Below, in pieces: positions 8,327-14,366 of a DNA stretch of 24,000 nt. The notes beneath the pieces are model-generated. The model was not told where the DNA came from. It saw nothing but the letters and a program-made list of their open reading frames with translations, and did no database searches. Position numbers and translations under genes: made by a program. Position 1 is the stretch's first letter; every line of letters begins with the position of its first letter. This DNA is from Arachnia sp. (GTDB taxonomy: Bacteria > Actinomycetota > Actinomycetes > Propionibacteriales > Propionibacteriaceae). The stretch spans positions 9,682 to 33,681 of the forward strand of contig JBDSRF010000195.1 in NCBI GenBank assembly GCA_039929445.1. The letters run 5' to 3'.

Positions 8327-8694
8327 GACACCACGCCCTCGAAACGCATCCGGCGGGTGACGTCGGTGACGAAACGCTCCAGGTCGCGCACCAGGTCGTC
8401 GGCCTCACGCTCGCCGACGATGGCCCGCTCCCCCGCGGCCACCACCTTCACCCGCATGGAGAGGTATCCGAAGAAGGCGGCCCATTCGGCCAGGTGGGGC
8501 GCCCGCCGCGCCAGCAGGTCCCAGACGTCATGGCGGCCGCGCACCCGCCCCGGCGTGCCGGCGATGACGGCCAGCGCCAGTTGCTCGGCGGCGCTGTGGG
8601 CTGCCACGTAGCGGTCGGCCGGGTGTTCGATGCAGCCGATGTCCGCCAGTTCCTGGGCATCCAGGGGGCGCATGGCCCGTGTGGTGTCGGCCAT
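8323..8694 (-). CDS. Small all-helical protein, HEPN-like (resembles the 'SAV_6107 family HEPN domain' annotation class)
   Basis: Only the last 123 aa of the 305-aa track ORF are kept, starting at ATG 8694-8692 ('MADTTRAMRPLDAQELADIG...'). The start shares one nt with the upstream stop (TGATG). The stop overlaps the dnaE2 GTG. Signature-like stretch: 'PADRYVAAHSAAEQLALAVIA...APHLAEWAAFF...READDLVRDLERFV'. Family assignment is from memory, not a search. Confidence 0.65.
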   Translation of the reverse strand: MADTTRAMRPLDAQELADIGCIEHPADRYVAAHSAAEQLALAVIAGTPGRVRGRHDVWDLLARRAPHLAEWAAFFGYLSMRVKVVAAGERAIVGEREADDLVRDLERFVTDVTRRMRFEGVVS

Positions 8695-9023
8695 CAGTCG
8701 CACACCGCCTGGAGCACCCAGTCGTCGCGCCCCACGGAGCGAGCCAGTTCGTAGACGCCGCGCTGCATGCCGTTGCCGGCCTCGACGCGCCACACCTCCA
8801 TCTCCTCCAGCAGGTCCGCCGCAGGGGCCGGCGTGGCCCCGGTGGCCGTGCCGGTGGTGGCCGCATCCCCGCGGGCCGCTGAGACCCGGGGCGACTCCCA
8901 CCATGCCGTCGACCTGCTCCACCGTCCCTGGACCTCCTTGACCAGCAGCAACCGGTTGCGCCAGATGAACTGCTGGGGACGGTCGCTGAACAGGACGCAA
9001 ATGGGTTCGTCGTAACTGCGCAT
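8694..9023 (-). CDS. Small protein resembling the DUF6504 family
   Basis: Start chosen at ATG 9023-9021 ('MRSYDEPICVLFSDRPQQFIWRNRLLLVKEVQGRWSRSTAWW...EMEVWRVEAGNG...GVYELAR...WVLQAVCD'), with GGAAGG 4 nt upstream. An alternative in-frame ATG exists at 9098. The motifs W-R-x-R, 'WW', 'VWRVEA' and 'GVYEL' match my memory of DUF6504. Confidence 0.6.
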   Translation of the reverse strand: MRSYDEPICVLFSDRPQQFIWRNRLLLVKEVQGRWSRSTAWWESPRVSAARGDAATTGTATGATPAPAADLLEEMEVWRVEAGNGMQRGVYELARSVGRDDWVLQAVCD

Positions 9024-9080
9024 GGGGGCCTTCCGGGTTCGTTGCCATTCGTGAGAACTGCGTTCGACCCAACGCTCGTT

Positions 9081-9101
9081 CCGATGCTCCAGGAGCATCG
9101 G
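9081..9101. promoter_or_regulatory. Perfect 21-bp palindrome CCGATGCTCC-A-GGAGCATCGG (candidate operator)
   Basis: Read directly: the 10-bp arms are exact reverse complements around a single central A. It lies 58-78 nt upstream of the DUF6504-like start. A 1-nt spacer is too short for an RNA loop, so a dimeric DNA-binding site is more likely. Confidence 0.4.
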
Positions 9102-9120
9102 GACGAAGTCCCCGGAGGAG

Positions 9121-9167
9121 GCTTTGGGCCCCGGCGCAGGGGTCGAGGCCACGCCGGGGCCCAAAGC
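9121..9167. other. Perfect inverted repeat: 16-bp GC-rich stem with 15-nt loop, in the leader or intergenic region
   Basis: GCTTTGGGCCCCGGCG (9121-9136) and CGCCGGGGCCCAAAGC (9152-9167) are exact reverse complements, separated by CAGGGGTCGAGGCCA. It sits between the LexA box and candidate promoter and the first gene of the cassette. No T-tract follows on either strand. Confidence 0.6.
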
Positions 9168-9216
9168 GGCCCTCCGTGCATCGGCGGTGGTTCGAAGCCT
9201 CTTCCCAGGGCCTCAT

Positions 9217-9232
9217 TCGAACAACCGTTCGA
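9217..9232. promoter_or_regulatory. LexA (SOS) box, TCGAAC-AACC-GTTCGA
   Basis: Exact match to the actinobacterial/mycobacterial LexA consensus TCGAAC-N4-GTTCGA. It lies in the 332-bp divergent region upstream of the DUF6504/HEPN/dnaE2/dinB cassette. Confidence 0.75.
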
Positions 9233-9242
9233 TACGACAACC

Positions 9243-9273
9243 ACTATAAGCCCGGCCCCTGACAGTCCGTCAA
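9243..9273 (-). promoter_or_regulatory. Candidate sigma-70-type promoter for the SOS cassette (-35 TTGACG, -10 TATAGT)
   Basis: The minus strand reads TTGACG (9273-9268), a 19-nt spacer, then TATAGT (9248-9243). The LexA box begins 10 nt downstream of the -10. The spacer is longer than optimal and the implied leader is about 210 nt, so this is tentative. Confidence 0.3.
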
Positions 9274-9355
9274 GGTCTCCGCGAGTCGCCCCTCAGGCCA
9301 CCCGTCCGACGTATGGTGAGCCAACTCGGTTTCCTCGACAACGCCAGGAGCAGCC

Positions 9356-10258
9356 ATGAAGCGTCATCCTCGTGTCCTCGCAGCGGCGCTTGCCGTCGCA
9401 CTCGTCTCGGCGCTCTGGCCGGTGTCCACTGCAGCCGCTGACGTCGCGCCCGTCAAGCGTGTCTCCTGCCCCAGCGTGGCCGAGATCAACAAGTTCCGCC
9501 CAGCCGCTTCCACTGAACCCCTCCTGGCGAGCCTCGAGGCAACTCCCACCACCTGCAGCTACGGGGTAAAGGGAATCCCCGACATCCCTACGGGGTTGAC
9601 GTTCGGGTTCTCCAGCTCGTTCTCGACTCCCAAGGAGTACGAGGACTACCTGCGGGCGTCCTACGAACGATATGATCTGGGCTACCAATTCACGCCGGAA
9701 CCGCTTCCGGCGCTCGGCAGCGGGGCCTTCGCCTGGGCCGATGCCAGCATCTTCACCAGTATCAACTGGCAGTTCTCCCCCGGAGTGTTGGCCAACATGG
9801 ACAGCAGACTCACGTGGCTGACCAATGCGAAAGTGCCGGTGGCCAAGTTGTTCCGACCGATGATGGAGGTCTACACCATCCCCGGTGAACGCACCGTCAA
9901 TGGCCGCCAGTGGCGCACCACCTGCGAAAACTACTCCGCCACCGCACGATGCCGCACCGACATCTTCGCCACGGTGATCAAGAAGACTCCGACGGGGTTC
10001 CAGAGCGTCAAGGGCTGGGCCTTCAACTCCCTGACCTACCGCTGGACAGACCGTGCGCTGTGGAAGAACAACCCACTCGGCAACACCGGCGCATGGACCA
10101 GTGCCGAGAACCGTCAGTGGCGCACCGAGTGCGACACGCCCACAACCGGTCGGGGTGCCTGCCGCAGCTACATCCTGACGACAGTCATCGACCACAAGGG
10201 CGGCAAGTACAGCCAGGACAACCTCTGGGTGTTCAACAACCAGGTCCTGTTCAACTGA
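9356..10258 (+). CDS. Secreted hypothetical protein with two C-terminal Cys-pair repeats
   Basis: AGGAG lies 6 nt upstream of the ATG. The signal peptide is 'MKRHPRVLAAALAVALVSALWPVSTAAA'. Two internal repeats are 'RQWRTTC..8..CRTDIFATVI..12..WAFNSLTY' (aa 184-228) and 'RQWRTECD..8..CRSYILTTVI..12..WVFNNQVLF' (aa 253-299). Confidence 0.75.
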   Translation: MKRHPRVLAAALAVALVSALWPVSTAAADVAPVKRVSCPSVAEINKFRPAASTEPLLASLEATPTTCSYGVKGIPDIPTGLTFGFSSSFSTPKEYEDYLRASYERYDLGYQFTPEPLPALGSGAFAWADASIFTSINWQFSPGVLANMDSRLTWLTNAKVPVAKLFRPMMEVYTIPGERTVNGRQWRTTCENYSATARCRTDIFATVIKKTPTGFQSVKGWAFNSLTYRWTDRALWKNNPLGNTGAWTSAENRQWRTECDTPTTGRGACRSYILTTVIDHKGGKYSQDNLWVFNNQVLFN

Positions 10259-10316
10259 AAAGGTGCGCCAGCGACCGGCCCCACGTGGGCCAGTGGGTGA
10301 CCCGCCAGTCGCAGCC

Positions 10317-11297
10317 TCATGCCTTGAGGATGGTTCGCAACCAGTCGAGGATGGTGGTGAGGCTCTCTGGGTCCAGGTGCGTGCCGGGATCGTTGTACCC
10401 GTTCCCCGGGGACGCCGCGACCTCGGCGGGCGTCCGGGTGTCCTCCTTGAACACGTGGTTGGCGTTGGCCGGGAACACGAAGGTGACGTTCGGCATCCCG
10501 GCTGCGGCTCGTTGGAGCGGGTCGCCGTCGGCGTGCATGTCCACCTGCACGTCCCTCCCACCAATCAGGACCAGCGCCGGGATCTCCACCCGCACGAGTG
10601 CTTCCTTCGCAGATTCACTCCACAGTTCGCGCGCAAACGGCAGGTTCATCGGTGTTTCGAAGCTGGACAGCACCATCCGGACGCTCTCCGGCAGCGTGGG
10701 GTCGGGGTCCATCGGCTGCCCTGCCGTGTAGCGGGCCACGGCCTCCTCCACCCTTGGCATCATGGCGGCACCGCCCGGCACCTGGGCTGCCTGCAGCGCC
10801 AACTGGGACAACAACACCTCACTGATGGGACGCCCCGGCGGAGCGGCGAGGACGACACCGACCAACGGCACGTCCTGATCACTTGTCGCGTAGTGGAGCA
10901 CGTGCAGCGTGCCCTCGCTGTTGCCGAGCCCCACGATCCTGGTGGCGTCCACGAAATCCTGCCCCGCAAGGACCCGGACGGCGGCAGCCAGTTCGTCCAG
11001 GTGGGACTGCATGCTCATCCTGCCGCTCAACCGGGGAAGATTTTCCATGACATGCGGGCCCGAAGCCCGTTTGTCGTAGCGCAGGGAGGCGACCCCGGCC
11101 CGGGCGAACGCCTCGGCGAAGAGCCGCGCGCTGCCCTGGGTGCCGGGCAGCATGGGCGAACACCAGTCCCTGTCCGTCGGCCCGCTCCCGGCGACGAGGA
11201 CCACGGCCGGGAACGGCCCCTCCCCCTCCGGCCGCGCGAGCGTGCCCTCCATCGCCATGCCATCCAGCTGCCACGAAACATCGACGGAACTGACCAT
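10317..11297 (-). CDS. Alpha/beta hydrolase
   Basis: C-terminal 326 aa of the 597-aa track ORF, starting at ATG 11297-11295 ('MVSSVDVSWQLDG...'). The nucleophile elbow is 'GLGNSEG', and 'HVF' near the C-terminus is a His candidate. The start is uncertain because the SD is weak. Confidence 0.8.
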   Translation of the reverse strand: MVSSVDVSWQLDGMAMEGTLARPEGEGPFPAVVLVAGSGPTDRDWCSPMLPGTQGSARLFAEAFARAGVASLRYDKRASGPHVMENLPRLSGRMSMQSHLDELAAAVRVLAGQDFVDATRIVGLGNSEGTLHVLHYATSDQDVPLVGVVLAAPPGRPISEVLLSQLALQAAQVPGGAAMMPRVEEAVARYTAGQPMDPDPTLPESVRMVLSSFETPMNLPFARELWSESAKEALVRVEIPALVLIGGRDVQVDMHADGDPLQRAAAGMPNVTFVFPANANHVFKEDTRTPAEVAASPGNGYNDPGTHLDPESLTTILDWLRTILKA

Positions 11298-11378
11298 GCA
11301 CCCATTGAATACCCTGGCGTGCACCGGGGAGTCAGATGCCGCGTACGCTCGAAACGAGAGCACCGGAGGGAGCGCACC

Positions 11379-11723
11379 ATGAGCGATGAGCAGGTGACAC
11401 CCGGGACCAGAGGTGTCACGGTGGAGGCGATTGGAACGGTTGACCTGACCAACGAGATCGAGGGGCTGGAGGGCCGCCAACTCCGCATGCGCAAGGTGAC
11501 CATCGCACCCGGGGGCGTCTTCGGCCCGGTGCACGACCACAAGGGTCGACCGGGCACCGTGTACATCATGCAGGGAACAATCACCGACCACCGCAACGGG
11601 ATCGCCACGGACTACGGGCCCGGACTCGGCTGGCCCGAGGACCGGAACACAACCCACTGGCTCGAGAACAGGGGAGATGTTCCGGCCGTGGAGATCTCCG
11701 TGGACATCGTCGGCAAGGAGTGA
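11379..11723 (+). CDS. Cupin domain protein
   Basis: C-terminal 114 aa of the 486-aa track ORF. ATG 11379 is preceded by GGAGGGAG. The cupin-like core is 'APGGVFGPVHDHKGRPGTVYIMQGTI...HWLENRG'. Confidence 0.75.
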   Translation: MSDEQVTPGTRGVTVEAIGTVDLTNEIEGLEGRQLRMRKVTIAPGGVFGPVHDHKGRPGTVYIMQGTITDHRNGIATDYGPGLGWPEDRNTTHWLENRGDVPAVEISVDIVGKE

Positions 11724-11752
11724 ACCCGCGGCTGCGGTCCTGGCATCGCTTG

Positions 11753-11814
11753 GGTGTTCAACTTGTGTTCGACAACCAACAGGAAGTGAACACCTAAGCC
11801 CCCGGGGTGTGTTC
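11753..11814. repeat. Cluster of four GTGTTC/GAACAC motifs, including two direct repeats at 11-bp spacing
   Basis: GTGTTCAACTT (11754-11764) is directly followed by GTGTTCGACAA (11765-11775). An inverted GTGAACAC lies at 11786-11793 and GTGTTC at 11809-11814. GGTGTTCA (11753-11760) is the exact reverse complement of TGAACACC (11787-11794). The cluster lies in the 70-bp convergent spacer between the cupin and NRDE genes and runs into the NRDE 3' end. Confidence 0.5.
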
Positions 11815-12510
11815 CCAGTGCCCGGGGCGGGCGAGTTCGACGTAGTTGGCGTCCACGTGCGCGTCGCCCACGGTGGCGGTGCAGAACAGCAACGACAACG
11901 TGGGGATCCCCCATGGGCGGTTGTCCCGGATGAGTGCGGCGTCATCGGTGGGAGGCAGTTCGGTGCTGCGCTCCAGCAGCCCCAGCCAGGGGCCGAACCA
12001 GTCGTCGGCGTCGGCGTCGGGGGCGGCTGCCCGGAACTCCTCCAGCCAGCGGGCGACCCGGGCGAAGGACTGGTCGTCGGGGATCGCGCTGTTGACGAGC
12101 ATGTGCACACCCGCGGGCAGGACCCGGGTCACGACGCCGTTCCCGTCGGAGAGCGCGAGGGAGACCTCGGATCCGGTCACGTCGACGAGGTTGTAGGGCT
12201 GGGTGCGGCGCGAGGCCTCCGGGGTCCGGCCGGACACGGCATCCAGCACCACCTCACCGCGGCTGGCCAGCCCGGGCTTCGGCGTCGGGTCACCGACGTT
12301 GAGGAGGACCGCCAGGCGGCCGGCGCCGGACAGGGTGGCCAGCCAGGCGCCGCCGGCGCGGGCGTCACGGACGCCGTCGACACCGGGGTGGGTGTCGGGC
12401 CACCATGGGCCGAGCGGGTTCCACGGTCGCGTCGGATCCTCGTCGCGGATGGCGAGCACCCGGGTGGGCTGCGACACCACGGCCGGGACCCGGACGATAA
12501 CCGTGCACAC
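11794..12510 (-). CDS. NRDE family protein (TANGO2/DUF833-like)
   Basis: GTG start is preceded by GGAGG. The N-terminal 'MCTVIV' provides the Cys2 typical of this family. 'LAIRDE' and 'GGAWLA' motifs are present. Confidence 0.8.
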   Translation of the reverse strand: MCTVIVRVPAVVSQPTRVLAIRDEDPTRPWNPLGPWWPDTHPGVDGVRDARAGGAWLATLSGAGRLAVLLNVGDPTPKPGLASRGEVVLDAVSGRTPEASRRTQPYNLVDVTGSEVSLALSDGNGVVTRVLPAGVHMLVNSAIPDDQSFARVARWLEEFRAAAPDADADDWFGPWLGLLERSTELPPTDDAALIRDNRPWGIPTLSLLFCTATVGDAHVDANYVELARPGHWEHTPGA

Positions 12511-12545
12511 GTTGCCTCCAAAGGCCGATGTGAGAGGATCCAGGG

Positions 12546-13751
12546 ATGTTCGTGGTTGTTGGAGTGAGCGGTGGAATCGCAGCCTACAAGAGCGTCCATC
12601 TCGTCCGGCTGCTCGTTCTCGCCGGCCATGAGGTGCACGTCGTGCCGACGCCGGACTCGCTGCGGTTCGTGGGTCTCTCGACGTGGGAGTCGATCAGCCG
12701 CAACCCGGTGACCACCTCCGTGCACGACGATGTCGCCCAGGTCCGCCACGTGGCGCTCGGCAGGGCCGCCGATCTCGTCATCGTCGCACCCGCCACGGCC
12801 AATACGCTGGCAAGGATGGCCGCCGGGCTTGCCGACAACCTGCTGGGCACCACACTGTTGGCCACCTCCGCACCCGTCGTGGTCGCACCCGCCATGCACA
12901 CGGAGATGTGGCTGCACCCCGCCACCCAGCACAACATGGCCACGCTTCGCGGGCGGGGCGTCCACGTGGTCGGGCCCGACGACGGACCGCTGACCGGCGG
13001 CGATTCCGGCCCCGGCCGGATGTCCGAGCCCGAGGAGATCCTCGAGGCGGCGATGGCCGCGGTCCCCGGGGATGCCGACCTGGCGGGGCTGCGGGTCGTG
13101 GTGTCGGCCGGCGGCACCCGGGAGCCAATCGACCCCGTCCGCTTCCTCGGCAACCGTTCCAGCGGCAGGCAGGGCGTCGAGGTGGCACTCGCGGCCGCCA
13201 GGCGTGGCGCCCAGGTCAGCCTCGTCGCCGCTCACATCGGTGGCGACGTGCTCGCCGAAGCCTCCCGACACCCGCGGGTCCGGATCACGCCCGCCGGGAC
13301 CGCCATGGAGCTCCTGGATGCCGTCGTGGCCGCCGCCGCCGACGCCGACGTCGTCGTCATGGTGGCCGCAGTCGCTGACTACCGGGCGCGGGAGACGGCC
13401 GATCAGAAGCTGTCGAAGCGGGGGCGGGAGGGGCTCACCCTGGAACTCGTCCAGAACCCGGACATCGTGGCCGAGCTGGTGCACGACCGTCGCGCCGGGC
13501 AGACGATCGTCGGCTTCGCCGCGGAGAGTGCCACCGGTGACGAACTGATCGCGCGGGGCCGCGCCAAGCGGCGCCGGAAGGGGGTCGACCTCCTCGCCGT
13601 CAACGAGATCGGCTGGGCCAGAGGCTTCGAAGCGGCCGACAACGAACTGCTCTTCCTGGACGCCCGCGACGACGTGGTCGCCCGGGCGAAGGGCTCAAAA
13701 CGTGACGTTGCCGGCGCGCTGTGGGATGCGGTGCTCGCAGTCCGACGGTGA
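12546..13751 (+). CDS. coaBC: Bifunctional phosphopantothenoylcysteine decarboxylase / phosphopantothenate-cysteine ligase
   Basis: The flavoprotein N-domain has 'VGVSGGIAAYKSVHLVRLL' and 'PAMHTEMW'. The CoaB domain has 'SAGGTREPIDPVRFLGNRSSGRQG' and 'AAVADYR'. Confidence 0.92.
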   Translation: MFVVVGVSGGIAAYKSVHLVRLLVLAGHEVHVVPTPDSLRFVGLSTWESISRNPVTTSVHDDVAQVRHVALGRAADLVIVAPATANTLARMAAGLADNLLGTTLLATSAPVVVAPAMHTEMWLHPATQHNMATLRGRGVHVVGPDDGPLTGGDSGPGRMSEPEEILEAAMAAVPGDADLAGLRVVVSAGGTREPIDPVRFLGNRSSGRQGVEVALAAARRGAQVSLVAAHIGGDVLAEASRHPRVRITPAGTAMELLDAVVAAAADADVVVMVAAVADYRARETADQKLSKRGREGLTLELVQNPDIVAELVHDRRAGQTIVGFAAESATGDELIARGRAKRRRKGVDLLAVNEIGWARGFEAADNELLFLDARDDVVARAKGSKRDVAGALWDAVLAVRR

Positions 13752-13773
13752 GCGCCTCAGGCCGCGGCGTGGA

Positions 13774-14238
13774 TCAGGGGGTCAGGCTGGTCGCGACGTC
13801 CGCGGCGAGGTAGGCGACGGCGAGGACGCCCACAGCCACCCCGACCCACACGGTCCACCTGAGCGACTCGCCACTGTCGGGGGCACGCCCCTCCTGTGTT
13901 CTTCGCTGCGCCTGCATCCAGATGAGGAATCCGGTGATCATCGCGGAGAACACGGCAAAGGTGAAGGCCAGAACCATGGCCGCCATCACGGGGAGGTCGC
14001 GGCCCAGCAGCCGCCCCAGGAGCAGGAGCGCGAACCCCAGCAGGAACGCCAAGGTGAGGACCATCCTGCGTTCGCTGAGTTTCGTGACGAGGGCAGGATG
14101 GGCGACATGTCCCGCACCTGAGCGACGCACTGAGGTCAACCTTTCGCGGACCTCCATGGCCCCACGCACGGCCCATCCGATGGATACCGCCAGGAGAAGG
14201 ATCGCAACGACGACGGCTGAGGCAACCTGCCCGATCAC
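13774..14238 (-). CDS. Hypothetical membrane protein with about 4 TM helices
   Basis: C-terminal 154 codons of the 274-aa track ORF. GTG at 14238-14236 lies 7 nt after GGAGG. Four hydrophobic segments are 'VASAVVVAILLLAVSIGWAV', 'MVLTLAFLLGFALLLLGRLL', 'VMAAMVLAFTFAVFSAMITGFLIW' and 'WTVWVGVAVGVLAVAYLAADV'. I recognised no family. Confidence 0.55.
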   Translation of the reverse strand: MIGQVASAVVVAILLLAVSIGWAVRGAMEVRERLTSVRRSGAGHVAHPALVTKLSERRMVLTLAFLLGFALLLLGRLLGRDLPVMAAMVLAFTFAVFSAMITGFLIWMQAQRRTQEGRAPDSGESLRWTVWVGVAVGVLAVAYLAADVATSLTP

Positions 14239-14308
14239 CACACAACCTCCGCGTCCGCGAGCTACCCGCCGCTCGTTCACAGAGCCTATCGCGGACCGCT
14301 CCGGACGA

Positions 14309-14327
14309 GGTCCTCGACACGAGGACC
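14309..14327 (-). terminator. Candidate terminator hairpin after the lipoprotein gene
   Basis: GGTCCTCG-ACA-CGAGGACC is a perfect 8-bp stem with a 3-nt loop, 40 nt downstream of the lipoprotein stop codon. No U-tract follows. Confidence 0.3.
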
Positions 14328-14366
14328 GGCATCCGCGAGAGCACGTATCCGGGGACCGGAAGCCGC

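Noticed and set aside
9053-9067. GAGAAC-TGC-GTTCGA as a second LexA box
   Set aside because: The half-sites are good but the spacer is 3 nt, not 4. The adjacent cAAC-GCTC-GTTC has mismatches in the outer positions. I kept it only as context in a finding and did not call it a LexA site.
8695-9240. N-terminal 182 aa of the 305-aa ORF 8323..9240
   Set aside because: This part overlaps the DUF6504-like gene in another frame and runs across the intergenic palindromes and the LexA box. The helical HEPN-like sequence only begins at the ATG at 8694, which is stop/start coupled to the upstream gene.
9227-9240. TTGTCG on the minus strand, overlapping the LexA box, as a RecA-NDp-type (TTGTCRGTG-N8-TANNNT) damage promoter
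   Set aside because: The bases after TTGTCG are TAT, not GTG. No TANNNT hexamer occurs at the required 8-nt spacing.
9293-10564. 423-aa minus-strand ORF
   Set aside because: It overlaps the antisense of the secreted repeat protein and runs into the hydrolase 3' end. It has no motifs and an Arg/Pro/Gly-rich composition.
10263-12110. Full-length versions of ORFs 10317..12110 (597 aa, minus strand) and 10263..11723 (486 aa, plus strand)
   Set aside because: Each is sensible only in its C-terminal part (alpha/beta hydrolase from 11297; cupin from 11379, with a strong SD). The N-terminal extensions are antisense to each other's genes and are compositionally junk.
12511-12545. The very short (35-bp) divergent spacer between the NRDE gene and coaBC, as a shared regulatory site
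   Set aside because: It contains only the two SD sequences and no palindrome or repeat that I could see. The promoters must lie inside the neighbouring coding regions. Nothing specific to report.
12177-13484. 435-aa minus-strand ORF
   Set aside because: It is a shadow opposite coaBC, which has definitive CoaC and CoaB motifs.
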